From assembly GCA_943787795.1 (NCBI GenBank), contig CALSNU010000003.1, positions 320,001 to 384,000 of the forward strand: 64,000 nt of DNA, given 5' to 3'. This document shows positions 1 through 10,476 of this stretch, in pieces (the stretch's first letter is position 1; the number at the start of each line of letters is the position of its first letter). This stretch comes from an uncultured bacterium. Lineage in GTDB: Bacteria; Planctomycetota; UBA1135; GCA-002686595. Below the pieces are notes generated by a model. That model searched no databases, was not told where the DNA came from, and worked only from the letters and a program-made list of their open reading frames with translations. The translations under genes were made by a program, and so were the position numbers.

Positions 1-287
1 TCCAGGACCCGGCGGACCTTGTTGCGCTGCAGGTGCCCGATGAAGTGCCACCGGGCCTCGAGACCCGCGCTGGCGAAGCGTTCGGCTCGTCGAGCGAACG
101 CGTCCGCCCGATTCTCTCCGAGGTCCCGGCAGCCGGCGTCGAGGACCCACGCCGCGATGTCGTCGTCCACAGCCTTGGTCACCGCGACCAGGTTTGGAGC
201 CCTCCGACCCGCAGCGCTGGCCGCCTCATTCAGCATGCCGCGGACCGCGTCCAGGTTGCGCACGAGAGCTGCCCGCCGGGGGTCCAC
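1..287 (-). CDS. yggS: YggS/PLPBP family PLP-binding protein, partial (runs off the window start; start codon uncertain)
   Basis: Not in the ORF track. Manual minus-strand translation gives LVAVTKAV...GCRDLGENR...RWHFIGHLQRNKVRRVL, matching the YggS LVAVSK, GEN and WHFIGxLQxNK motifs. Start taken as GTG at 287. Confidence 0.88.
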   Translation of the reverse strand, partial: MDPRRAALVRNLDAVRGMLNEAASAAGRRAPNLVAVTKAVDDDIAAWVLDAGCRDLGENRADAFARRAERFASAGLEARWHFIGHLQRNKVRRVL

Positions 288-395
288 CGGCGGCGAACCG
301 CTGTGGGGGCTCCCATCGGGCTTATGGATGGCGGCTGGGGTCAGTCGGAGGAGCGGAGGCACAGGGAGGGAGCATAGCCCCCACGCGTGCCGGAG

Positions 396-2219
396 TCATC
401 GGACGGACTTGCCTCTGGCACCGTCGAGAGACAGTCGGATCACCCGGCTGGCCCCATTCGTCACCGTTCGGCGCTGGGAAACAGCGACGCCGGCGACCCA
501 GACGACCTCCTCGTCCGCCAGGACCATGGGGACCAGGCCGCGCTCTTCGCGGGGGATGCCGGCCTCTCCCAGGAAGCGCCTCACGGGCTTGTGCCCGGGG
601 GCGCCAGCGGCCTGAAACCGGTCTCCGGGGCGAGCGAAGCGAACCCGGAGCTCACCGATCCCGTCCCCGTCAATCTCCACTGAGGTGGGGTCAAGAGGAT
701 CGAGGTCTGACTCTCCGGTCACGACTTCAGCGCAGATGGAGCGACCATCCTCCAGCTGGACGGCGCCAGGGATCCCGAGCGTCAGGCCGGCGCCCGCAAT
801 GGGCGCTGACGACAGCTCCTGGCCGGTGCCGGTGCCGGTCGAGGTCGCGGGGATCGCACCGCCATTCTCTGCACCCGCCGGGTGCAGCCGCTCGGCAGGC
901 GGGGTCAGGTGCAGCGCATCGGAGCGGAGCTGGACGGTCCAGCCCTCGTGGACGTCGAGGCGCAGGGTCCGACCTTGCTCGATGCTGTCTCCCAGCTCGG
1001 CGAGCAGGCCACGAGTGGGGCGACGCCCGGTGCCCTCGCCGATCAGCCGACCGAGCGCGCGCCGGAGCAGCGGGCCGCCAAGGGCCTCGAGTTCGGACCG
1101 GTCGATGGTCCCACCGAGCTCCGGCATGGCGGTCGAACGGCGCGCGGCCTCGTGGGCCACGGGCTGCCACTGGACGTGGCCGGTGCGGTCGGCGAGCTCA
1201 TCCTCGAACGACTCGATGGCCCGGGCGAACTCGAAGAAGTTCTCGACGCCCTCCTTGCCGCAGCTCTCCTCGATCTGGGGGAGGACCTCGTTGCGGACGC
1301 GGTTGCGGCTGAACTGAGCCCCGTCGTTCGAGCTGTCCTCTCGCCATCCAAGCTGTTCACGGCGCAGGGCGCTGCGGACCTCCTCTCGGCGCATCCCGAG
1401 GAGGGGACGCAGGACGCGGATCCCGGCGGGGCGGGCGTCTCCGGAGACGTGGCCCTTGCCCAGGACGGTCTCGCGCCGGAGGCCGGCGAGGCCCCCGATG
1501 TCCGAACCGCGCATCCAGCGCATGAGCAGGGTCTCCACGGCGTCGTTCTCGTGGTGTCCGGTGAGGACCACCGCGATGCCTGCCGCAGAGGCCTCGGCCG
1601 AGAGGGCCTTGTAGCGAGCCTCGCGGGCCCGGCCCTCCACGTCACCACCCTCAGGGTCGATCTCGGCCACGCGCCGGGCAAAGGGGACCCCGAGCTTGGC
1701 GCACAGGCGCGCACAGAAGGCCGCGTCGTCGTGGGACTCATCGCCCCGGAGGCGATGGTCCACGTGGATGGCGAGGACCTTGGGGCGGTTCTCCGCACGA
1801 GCGAGGAGATGGAGGAGGTAGACGCTGTCGGCGCCTCCGCTGAGGGCGACCGCGACCGGCGTGGAGGGGGCGATTCCCAGCCCATGGGCCAGGCGACTCC
1901 AGCGGGAGGACCACGGCCCGCTGGGCGCGGCGGTCTCTGCCAGTGAGGCGTCGGGCTCCGGTGAGCGCGCGTCGCCGTCCCGATCGCCGGACGTTGCCCT
2001 CTCGATCGCTGGGCGAGCCTCTCCGCGCGGGGACCCCTCGTGGCCCGGAGCGCCGCTGCGCTCCACGGGGAGGTCCAGGCCGCGGGCGCGGTCGAGCGCC
2101 CCGTCGGCCGGGAGGGGGTCGGCCGGGAGGCGATCGACGGGGAGGGATTCGGCTCTACCCTGACCCGCTTCGGCGTGATCGGGCAGGGAGAGGTGGTTGT
2201 TCTTGGCGCTTCCGGTCAC
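396..2219 (-). CDS. tilS: tRNA(Ile)-lysidine synthetase with long low-complexity N-terminal extension
   Basis: VALSGGADS PP-loop, HVDHRLR, AREARY, GHHENDAVET, IRVLRPLL, EDSSN, RNRVR, and a TilS C-terminal segment (RPGDRF...VVWVAG). Start uncertain. Confidence 0.95.
   Translation of the reverse strand: MTGSAKNNHLSLPDHAEAGQGRAESLPVDRLPADPLPADGALDRARGLDLPVERSGAPGHEGSPRGEARPAIERATSGDRDGDARSPEPDASLAETAAPSGPWSSRWSRLAHGLGIAPSTPVAVALSGGADSVYLLHLLARAENRPKVLAIHVDHRLRGDESHDDAAFCARLCAKLGVPFARRVAEIDPEGGDVEGRAREARYKALSAEASAAGIAVVLTGHHENDAVETLLMRWMRGSDIGGLAGLRRETVLGKGHVSGDARPAGIRVLRPLLGMRREEVRSALRREQLGWREDSSNDGAQFSRNRVRNEVLPQIEESCGKEGVENFFEFARAIESFEDELADRTGHVQWQPVAHEAARRSTAMPELGGTIDRSELEALGGPLLRRALGRLIGEGTGRRPTRGLLAELGDSIEQGRTLRLDVHEGWTVQLRSDALHLTPPAERLHPAGAENGGAIPATSTGTGTGQELSSAPIAGAGLTLGIPGAVQLEDGRSICAEVVTGESDLDPLDPTSVEIDGDGIGELRVRFARPGDRFQAAGAPGHKPVRRFLGEAGIPREERGLVPMVLADEEVVWVAGVAVSQRRTVTNGASRVIRLSLDGARGKSVR
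2103..2147. repeat. Degenerate 15-bp tandem repeat (3 units) in the tilS N-terminal extension
   Basis: gtcggccgggagggg / gtcggccgggaggcg / atcgacggggaggga, encoding SLPVD-RLPAD-PLPAD on the minus strand. Confidence 0.7.
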
Positions 2220-2676
2220 GTTGCGGACGGCCCGAGCCGTCGGGGCATGGGGTGAGACAAGCCGCGTCCTCCGTGAGTCGATCCAGGTGCGCTTGGGGCG
2301 CGTGGAACGGTGGAGATGTGGCCGTCAAGGGTGCGCGAGGCGGGTCCGAGGGCGCCTGGGAGGGCACTCTCGAGCCTGCCAAAGCAGGGATGGGGGGACG
2401 GATGCGATGCGGCAATGGGGGGAGTGCAGCCCGCTTCCGTTGATCCATTCGGTAGCCATCCGTATTCTCTGGCCGCCAATTCGGTCGGAATTCGTCATCC
2501 CCATCCGATTCGACCTGAGGGGCACCCTGGAAGGGCCCTGCCCGGATCGCCAGCCCCCAGGGGCTGAGCGCCACCGGTGACCGGCCCGGCCCTGTCCCTG
2601 CTCCATTCCAGAGCCTCTGCTGAGGCGCCTGGCACCCTCCCTGGTCCGGGTCAAGGACCTCCCCCAACCACTCATC

Positions 2677-3720
<1,044 letters not shown>

Positions 3721-3736
3721 GCGGCGCTCTCCTTCG

Positions 3737-4924
3737 ATGAACCTCGACGTCCCTGGCCTCGATCGCCTCGGCGACCTCACCGATAAGCGGGTGGTCGTCC
3801 GGGCGGACTTCAACGTTCCGGTCAACGAGGCCGGGGAGATCACCGACGACACGCGCATCCGCGCGGCGCTCCCGACCCTGCGCGAGATCCTCGCGCGGGG
3901 CGGGCGCCCGGTCGTCCTGGTGCACTTCGGTCGCCCCAAGGGGCAGGTCGTCGAGAGCCTGCGCGTCGGCCCCATCGGGGTCCGACTCGCCGAGCTGCTC
4001 GGGTCAGAGGTCATCACGCTCAAGGAGAGCGTGGGGGCGGCCGTCGAGGAGGCGGTCGCCGCCGCGCCCGCTGGGGCCGTGGTGCTCTGCGAGAACGTCC
4101 GGTTCCATCCGGGAGAGACCAAGGGGGACCCTGAGCTGGCCGCGAGCTTCGCGCGCCTCGGGGACTTCTTCGTCGGGGATGCCTTCGGCGCCGCGCACCG
4201 GGCGCACGCCTCCGTCTCCGGGGTCGCGTCGCTGTTGCCCTCGGCGGCTGGCTCGCTCCTGCAAAGCGAGTGCGCGGCCTTTGAGCAGGTCCTCAACGCC
4301 CCGGAGCGCCCGCTCGTCGCGATCCTCGGGGGCGCGAAGGTGAGCGACAAGCTGACGGTCATCGACAGCCTGCTGGATCGCTGCGACGCGATCCTCGTGG
4401 GCGGCGGGATGGCGTACACCTTCCTGAAGGTCCAGGGCCACACCGTCGGCGCCTCGCTGGTCGAGGACGACCGCCTGGACATGTGCCGCGCCGCGCTCAA
4501 GAAGGCGGCGGAGCGCGGGGTGGACCTCCTCCTCCCGGTGGATCATGTGATCGCTGACCGCTTCGCCGCCGACGCAGAGGCGCGAGAGGTCGATGTGGAC
4601 ATCCCGGAGGGCTGGATGGGGTTGGACATCGGACCCAGGACCCGCGAACTGTACGGGGAGCGCGTCAGGACGGCCCGGACCGTGGTCTGGAACGGCCCGA
4701 TGGGGGTGTTCGAGATGGAGCGCTTCCGCAAGGGGACCGAGACGATCGGAGAGGCGATGGCGGCCTGTGAGGGCACCACCGTGGTGGGCGGGGGCGACTC
4801 CGTCGCTGCGATCCACCTCCTGGGGCTCGCTGACGCCGTGGATCACGTGTCCACGGGCGGCGGTGCGTCGCTCGAATTGCTGGAAGGCAAGGTACTCCCG
4901 GGAATCCAGGCCCTCCGCGCCTAG
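3737..4924 (+). CDS. pgk: Phosphoglycerate kinase
   Basis: RADFNVP, HFGRPKG, DAFGAAHRAHAS, GGAKVSDK, WNGPMGVFE, STGGGASLE. Confidence 0.98.
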   Translation: MNLDVPGLDRLGDLTDKRVVVRADFNVPVNEAGEITDDTRIRAALPTLREILARGGRPVVLVHFGRPKGQVVESLRVGPIGVRLAELLGSEVITLKESVGAAVEEAVAAAPAGAVVLCENVRFHPGETKGDPELAASFARLGDFFVGDAFGAAHRAHASVSGVASLLPSAAGSLLQSECAAFEQVLNAPERPLVAILGGAKVSDKLTVIDSLLDRCDAILVGGGMAYTFLKVQGHTVGASLVEDDRLDMCRAALKKAAERGVDLLLPVDHVIADRFAADAEAREVDVDIPEGWMGLDIGPRTRELYGERVRTARTVVWNGPMGVFEMERFRKGTETIGEAMAACEGTTVVGGGDSVAAIHLLGLADAVDHVSTGGGASLELLEGKVLPGIQALRA

Positions 4925-4934
4925 GATAGACGCC

Positions 4935-5660
4935 ATGGGTTCTCATTCCCCCGAAGCGTCCGCGGGCACCGGCCCGATCATTGCTCCCTCGCTCCTTTCA
5001 TGTGACTTCTCCCGTATCGGGGAGGAGATGGCGGCCATCGAGTCCGAGGGTGCCGACTGGCACCACGTGGATGTCATGGACGGCCACTTCGTGCCGAACA
5101 TGACCTTCGGCCCGCCCATCGTGGCCGCGATGGGGCGCGCGGCGAGCAAGCCGCTCGACGTTCACCTCATGGTCTCCAACCCCATGGAGTACGCGACGGA
5201 GTACGCCGCGGCGGGCGCCCATGTGCTGACCTACCACTGGGAGACGGTCGGGGCCGGGACCGCGCGCGGCGCCCGGCAGGCCAACCGCGCCTTCCGAGAG
5301 GCGGGCGTGCCCAAGGTCGGCGTCTCCATCAACCCCAATACGCCGGTCGAGCCCCTCGGCGAGATCCTCGACGAGGTGGACCTCGTGCTCGTCATGAGCG
5401 TGTTCCCGGGCTTTGGCGGACAGCGCTTCATGGAGCACGTGCTCGAGAAGACGCGCTGGTTGAGGGCGCAGGGCTTCCGGGGGCACGTCGAGATGGACGG
5501 TGGGCTCAACGCCGAGACGATCCCGCGCTGCGCCGAGGCGGGCGCCGATGTCTTCGTGGCGGGCTCGGCGATCTTCGGCGCGCCCGACCGTAAGGCCGCG
5601 ATCGACGGCTTTCGAGCCAGCGCGATCGCGGCGTCCAGTTCTGAGGCCCGGGTCGGATGA
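4935..5660 (+). CDS. rpe: Ribulose-phosphate 3-epimerase
   Basis: IAPSLLSCDF, HVDVMDGHFVPN, DVHLM, MSVFPGFGGQ, MDGG, VAGSAIF. Start set at ATG 4935 inside the longer track ORF. Confidence 0.96.
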   Translation: MGSHSPEASAGTGPIIAPSLLSCDFSRIGEEMAAIESEGADWHHVDVMDGHFVPNMTFGPPIVAAMGRAASKPLDVHLMVSNPMEYATEYAAAGAHVLTYHWETVGAGTARGARQANRAFREAGVPKVGVSINPNTPVEPLGEILDEVDLVLVMSVFPGFGGQRFMEHVLEKTRWLRAQGFRGHVEMDGGLNAETIPRCAEAGADVFVAGSAIFGAPDRKAAIDGFRASAIAASSSEARVG

Positions 5661-6703
5661 GCGAGACGAGCATGTCAAAAGACGCACCCAAGTCAGGCGA
5701 CGGCGAAGCGGCCGGCGACGGGCGGATCAACCGCCTCCGCTTCCGCAAGAAGGACATGCCCGGCGGGCTCTGGCTGAAGTGCGAGAGCTGCAGCGGCACG
5801 ATCTTCCGCAAGGAGGTCGAAGAGAAGGCCTACACCTGCCCGGCGTGTGGCTTCCACTTCACGATGCCCGGCGCCGATCGTGTGCGGCACACGCTGGATG
5901 AGGGCACCTGGGAGGAGCTGTTCCCCGAGATCGAGGCCATGGACCGCCTCGGCTTCGTGGACTCCGGACCCTACGGGGACAAGATCGAGCGCACGGTCAA
6001 GCGCACCGGCCAGAACGAGGCGCTCATCGCGGGTCGTGGCGAGGTCCTTGGTCGGCCGGTGGTCCTCGGGGTCCTCGACTTCAAGTTCCTTGGCGGGTCG
6101 ATGGGCGAGGTCGTGGGTGAGAAGATCGCCCTGTGCTGTGACGTCGCGAGGAAGGAGGGCAAGCCCCTGCTGCTCTTCACCGCTTCGGGGGGCGCGCGAA
6201 TGCACGAGGGCATGCTGTCTTTGATGCAGATGGCGAAGACCTGCTCGGCGCTCTCCAAGCTGAACGAGGACGGCGGCTTCTCCATCTGTGTGCTCACTCA
6301 CCCGACCACCGGTGGCGTCACCGCCTCGTTCGCGATGGTCTGTGACATCACCCTCGCCGAGCCGGGGGCGCTGATCGGCTTCGCCGGCCCTCGGGTCATC
6401 GCAAGCACCATCAAGCAGGAGCTCCCCGAGGGCTTCCAGCGATCCGAGTTCCTGCTGGAGAAGGGGCAGGTCGACGTGATCGTGCCCAGGGACGAGATGC
6501 GGAACATGCTCGCGCGGTTGATCGACTTCGGCGCCTGCCGGCCGGGCGCCGCCCCGGCGAGCAGGACACGGGCAGGGGCGCCGGTCGAGCCGGCCTCCGC
6601 GCCGCAGGCGCACTCCGAGAGCCCCTCCGGGAGCAGCCCGGGCGACGTGGCGAAGAGCGAGGCCCCCGAGACGTCCGACACGCCCGAGACCCACGGCGGC
6701 TAG
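5657..6703 (+). CDS. accD: Acetyl-CoA carboxylase carboxyltransferase beta subunit
   Basis: LWLKCESC...CPACGFH zinc finger, FLGGSMG, SGGARMHEG, PTTGGVTASFA, GFAGPRVI, FQRSEFLL. ATGA overlap with rpe. Confidence 0.96.
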   Translation: MSETSMSKDAPKSGDGEAAGDGRINRLRFRKKDMPGGLWLKCESCSGTIFRKEVEEKAYTCPACGFHFTMPGADRVRHTLDEGTWEELFPEIEAMDRLGFVDSGPYGDKIERTVKRTGQNEALIAGRGEVLGRPVVLGVLDFKFLGGSMGEVVGEKIALCCDVARKEGKPLLLFTASGGARMHEGMLSLMQMAKTCSALSKLNEDGGFSICVLTHPTTGGVTASFAMVCDITLAEPGALIGFAGPRVIASTIKQELPEGFQRSEFLLEKGQVDVIVPRDEMRNMLARLIDFGACRPGAAPASRTRAGAPVEPASAPQAHSESPSGSSPGDVAKSEAPETSDTPETHGG

Positions 6704-6938
6704 CCTGCGAACCCCGGCGCGAGCTGGCCTTGGCCCGCCGACGCGGGATCGTCGAGGGGCCGCCCTCCCGGGTCCGCCGCTTGGAGCGCCGCAGGCAGGC
6801 TCGCCTTGGGCGGCAGGGGTCTCCGCTCGGGTCTTCCGCGGCAGCCCCTGAGGCTGATCCCGAAGCGGATCCACAGGAGACGAGTCCGCTGGAGGCCAGA
6901 TGAGAGGCCAGATGGGAAGTCGGCGGCCGAGATTCGGC

Positions 6939-8198
6939 TCAGGCCGGCGCTTCAGGCCTCCGCAGGTGCATCACCCACGAGTCGAAGTGGTCCTGCATGG
7001 GGGAGCCGAACGAGGCGTCCACGAACGTCGCGACTCGATTGGCCATCAGCAGCGGGCGCGTGAGCACTCCGGCCAGGCGAGTCTCGTTGACGTGCATGGC
7101 CTCCGGGATCGGGCGGGTGAGCTGGTAGGCGCCGCTGCGCATGTGGACCAGCCCGCGCGCCTCAAGCGCGCGGCGGATCTCCTCTCGCGGCCGGGCGTTG
7201 AGCTCTCGGACGGGCAGCAGGGGCTTGCGGCGTCTCCGCCGCTCGAAGCCCCGCGAGTGCGGGTTGATGTCTCCGATGACGAGGTCGGCGCTGGGGGCCA
7301 GGGTCGCGACCAGGCCGTCCAGCCAACGGTCAACGTCGGGCGAGAAGCTCACCACCCCTGAGCTGATCACCAGGTCATAGGGCTCCTCTCCCTCGCGGGG
7401 GAAGGGCGGGGCCTCTCCGAATCCGGGGCGCCCCTCGAAGCTCTCGATGCCGAGGCGGGCGGCGTTCTCGCCCGTGATACGGACCATCTCCGGGCTCGGA
7501 TCGAAGGACGAGAGGTGCGCCCCCGGGGACGAGAGGGCGGCCTCGAGTCCGGTCCAGCCGGCCCCGCATCCGAAGTCCAGGATGCGGATTCGCTCATCGG
7601 CGCTCTCTCGCACGAGGCGCGGGGCCACGAAGCGTCCGACGTGGCGCCGCATCCATCGAAAGTGCGGATAGCCGGCGCTCCCCGGCGTGCCGTCCCAGCC
7701 GGTGGCGTTGAGGTCGAACTTGGTGACGGTCTCGTCGGCCGACATCACGTGCGTCCGCCTTCGGCCGACGAGGACCGAGAGCTCCAGGGCCGAGTCCACC
7801 TGGGAGCGATCCCGGCTCCCGAGGGTGCGGACTGTGGCGGCTCCGCCGCTCACGGTCGCGAGCTGGTTTACGTGGAGGAGCGGCCAGAGCGCGTTCCGCC
7901 AGGTCGCCAGTCGGCTCTCATCCGACGGCCCCATGAGGACGAGGTACAGGGCATCGCCGTTGCCGAGCTCCGCGTCCAGCGTCCGCAGCCGCTTGCCGAT
8001 CAGGAGCTCCCCTGGCCCAACGACGTGGAGGCGCGGGCCTTGAGAGTTGGGGGTGCCGAGGGGCAGGACCGCGCCGGCCGGCTGCCCGAGCGCCTCCAGC
8101 ACGGGGGCCAGCTCACCGACGGTGGGGAGCGGTCCCGGGGCAGGGTGAGGGCCCATGGAGGGGGGCCCCGTGGGGGGGGATTCGATGGAGTCGACCAT
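6939..8198 (-). CDS. Class I SAM-dependent methyltransferase with uncharacterised N-terminal domain
   Basis: ILDFGCGAG motif I, FDPSPEMV, YDLVISSGV in the C-terminal half. Confidence 0.8.
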   Translation of the reverse strand: MVDSIESPPTGPPSMGPHPAPGPLPTVGELAPVLEALGQPAGAVLPLGTPNSQGPRLHVVGPGELLIGKRLRTLDAELGNGDALYLVLMGPSDESRLATWRNALWPLLHVNQLATVSGGAATVRTLGSRDRSQVDSALELSVLVGRRRTHVMSADETVTKFDLNATGWDGTPGSAGYPHFRWMRRHVGRFVAPRLVRESADERIRILDFGCGAGWTGLEAALSSPGAHLSSFDPSPEMVRITGENAARLGIESFEGRPGFGEAPPFPREGEEPYDLVISSGVVSFSPDVDRWLDGLVATLAPSADLVIGDINPHSRGFERRRRRKPLLPVRELNARPREEIRRALEARGLVHMRSGAYQLTRPIPEAMHVNETRLAGVLTRPLLMANRVATFVDASFGSPMQDHFDSWVMHLRRPEAPA

Positions 8199-8267
8199 TC
8201 GGGGGAGCCAGGATAACCAGTGGAGGAATCGACCGCTGGTGGGCGCGGAGTCGAGGCTCGATCGTGT

Positions 8268-9770
8268 TCATCGCCGCCGGCTCGATCCGGGACGAGAGCC
8301 GCGGCCGCCCCTCCGGCTGCCGGCCCCAGGGGTCCCCCGGGATCGGCGGCCCCTTCGCCGTGCGCTGCCCCTGCGATTTCCTGACTTGTCCGTGCGCTCC
8401 TGCCCCCGGATGGCGAGAGACAGGCTGAAGGCCTCCTCCTCGCTCGCGCAGAAGACGGAGTGCATACAGGTCTGTCCGAGGCCGTGGTTGGGGAGCAGGA
8501 TCACGTCTCCTGCGGCGACCACGAACCCGTGGCCGGCGTCGGCAAGGAGCGAGGTGAATTCCGGCCCCTGGTCGATCAGGGGCCCGAGCAACCCTCCTCC
8601 AGGCGCCCCGAGCTCCGTCCGCGCGCGCTCTGGTTGATGGAGGAGATCCAGCCAGGACTCGAGGTGACCCTCGCCCGGCGCGATGTGCTCTCGTACCCAG
8701 GGGAACTCCCCTTCCTGGAGGAGCTCGGCGAACTCCAGCGCACGCCGCAGCAGGTCGTCGGTGGAGACGGCGATCCAGGCGGTCGCGCCCGTCAGCTGCG
8801 CATACAGGACCCCGCGCTGCCGTCCGTCGGAGGGCTCGTCGAAGGCGTCGTGGTGGAAGCGTGCGCCGCCGTTGGGTGCGTTCCAGTATGCGATAGCCTG
8901 GGTCAGGAGCGGCTTGCCCCGGATCCACTCGGTCACCAGGCCCGTGAGCTCCCGGTCAGCGTTGAGCGCGGCCACCTCGGGGATCAGGCGGTTCGCCAGC
9001 TCGCTCACGGCGCGGTGACGCGCCATGTCCCGGCTGGCGTCGGCTTCGACCTCATCACCGAAGGACAGGCGTAGTCGGAGGGAGCGGTCGTCCGCGTGGG
9101 TGGAGAGGCGCTGGGTCTTGGCCCAGAGGTCGTCGATGGCTTCGGGCCCGCGGGTCGGGCGCCCCTTCGGGGCCCGCCACGAGATCCTGGCGCCTTCGAT
9201 GTCGCGCTCATCCGCGACCGACGGCTGGCGCGGTCCCTGGACGCGATATTCCGGCGCGAGGTCGGAGGTCCGCCCCTTGAGGAAGTCGGCGAGCCCGCCG
9301 CGCTCTCGAAGGGCATCCGACCAGCGATCCGTGTCGACCTCGTCGAGCAGGTCGTCATCCAGCGCATCGTGCAGGATGATCGGGCGGGCTTGCTCCCAGC
9401 GCTCCGCGAGAGCCGGCAGGGGGTCGCGGGGGAAGAAGCCGTCCTCGTCGTGGAGCTCGGCCCAGTCACCGTGGAACGCGCCGCGCCGGACGAGGCGCGG
9501 TGCCGACACGCAGCGCTGGTTCACCTCCGCGATGAAGTCCGGGTCATCCTCGGTGTGCACAGAGACGACGGGGCGCGCGCCCGGGCAGCGATCCCGGTCC
9601 GGCGCATCGAGCAGGGCGCGGAGCTGACCGCGCGGATCGAGGGGGGGGAGCTGGACGACCTCCTCGGCCACTTCTTCTTCGCCCACCTTCTCTTCGCCCA
9701 CCTTTTCTTCGCCCACCTTTTCTTCGGGGGTCGAGCCCTGGGCATCCGGGTCCGAGTCGCCGGCGCTCAC
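8268..9770 (-). CDS. Hypothetical protein with probable cupin/JmjC-like Fe(II) oxygenase domain
   Basis: YWNAPNGGARFHHDAF...GVLYAQLTG..W...GDVILLP...CMHSV fits an HxD...H facial triad in a double-stranded beta-helix. Confidence 0.6.
   Translation of the reverse strand: MSAGDSDPDAQGSTPEEKVGEEKVGEEKVGEEEVAEEVVQLPPLDPRGQLRALLDAPDRDRCPGARPVVSVHTEDDPDFIAEVNQRCVSAPRLVRRGAFHGDWAELHDEDGFFPRDPLPALAERWEQARPIILHDALDDDLLDEVDTDRWSDALRERGGLADFLKGRTSDLAPEYRVQGPRQPSVADERDIEGARISWRAPKGRPTRGPEAIDDLWAKTQRLSTHADDRSLRLRLSFGDEVEADASRDMARHRAVSELANRLIPEVAALNADRELTGLVTEWIRGKPLLTQAIAYWNAPNGGARFHHDAFDEPSDGRQRGVLYAQLTGATAWIAVSTDDLLRRALEFAELLQEGEFPWVREHIAPGEGHLESWLDLLHQPERARTELGAPGGGLLGPLIDQGPEFTSLLADAGHGFVVAAGDVILLPNHGLGQTCMHSVFCASEEEAFSLSLAIRGQERTDKSGNRRGSARRRGRRSRGTPGAGSRRGGRGSRPGSSRRR
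9666..9725. repeat. 15-bp tandem repeat (4 units), EEKVG x3 plus EEEVA
   Basis: gcccaccttttcttc-type units read directly from the sequence. Confidence 0.9.
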
Positions 9771-10303
9771 GGCGCCTTCGGCGCGGCCGCGGACAGCGCG
9801 CGGATCCCGGCGGCCAGGTTCTCCCGCATCGCCTTCTCCATCACGAGCTGGGGCCTGAGGCTGGAGTCCATCTCTTCATAGGAGTTCATCGAGGCGGACG
9901 TGGTGATCGACTTGGCCCAGTAGGTGGACGAGCCGTCCCCGCTCTTCAGCCGCCAGCGGACGGTCACCTCGCAGGCCGTGTCGAACCCCACCTCGGGGGC
10001 GACAAACTCCTCGACGCTGACCTCGACGAGGTGCTGGCTTGGACCTGAGGTGGAGATCTCATCGAAGAGTCCGCAGCCGAGCAGCGCCTCGGTGACCGCC
10101 GCCTCGAGGCCCTCGTCGTCGACGATGCTGGGTCCGAACAGCCCCTGCTTCTCCGATCCCCTGGCCATGACCTGGGCGCTCCCACCGATGCTCTGTTCGA
10201 TGGTCACCTGCTCGGGGACCATGAGGGCGGGGGAGACGCTGTGGCACCCCGCGAAGGGGACAGCGAGGCACGCGAGAAGGGCAGCTTGGAGGACGTGCTT
10301 CAT
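9767..10303 (-). CDS. Hypothetical lipoprotein
   Basis: MKHVLQAALLACLAVPFAG-C lipobox-like signal. GTGA overlap with the downstream gene. Confidence 0.7.
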   Translation of the reverse strand: MKHVLQAALLACLAVPFAGCHSVSPALMVPEQVTIEQSIGGSAQVMARGSEKQGLFGPSIVDDEGLEAAVTEALLGCGLFDEISTSGPSQHLVEVSVEEFVAPEVGFDTACEVTVRWRLKSGDGSSTYWAKSITTSASMNSYEEMDSSLRPQLVMEKAMRENLAAGIRALSAAAPKAP

Positions 10304-10476
10304 CGACGGGTGGGCTGAGGGTGCCGGGGTAGAGGACGAGCGGAGACCGAGCGCGAGGGATGCCCGTGCCATGCCGGAGCATCGGCTGCTGGGGGCCCAA
10401 GCAGGACTCTAAACGGAGCGAACTGCCCTGCGACTGGCGCGGCTGGGGCCTTAGACTTGCCCGCGGACGGAACAGC

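Noticed and set aside
6704..6938. Possible ncRNA in the gap between accD and the methyltransferase
   Set aside because: Only a short gaggccagatg duplication and generic GC pairing were seen, with no recognisable SRP, 6S, tmRNA or RNase P motif.
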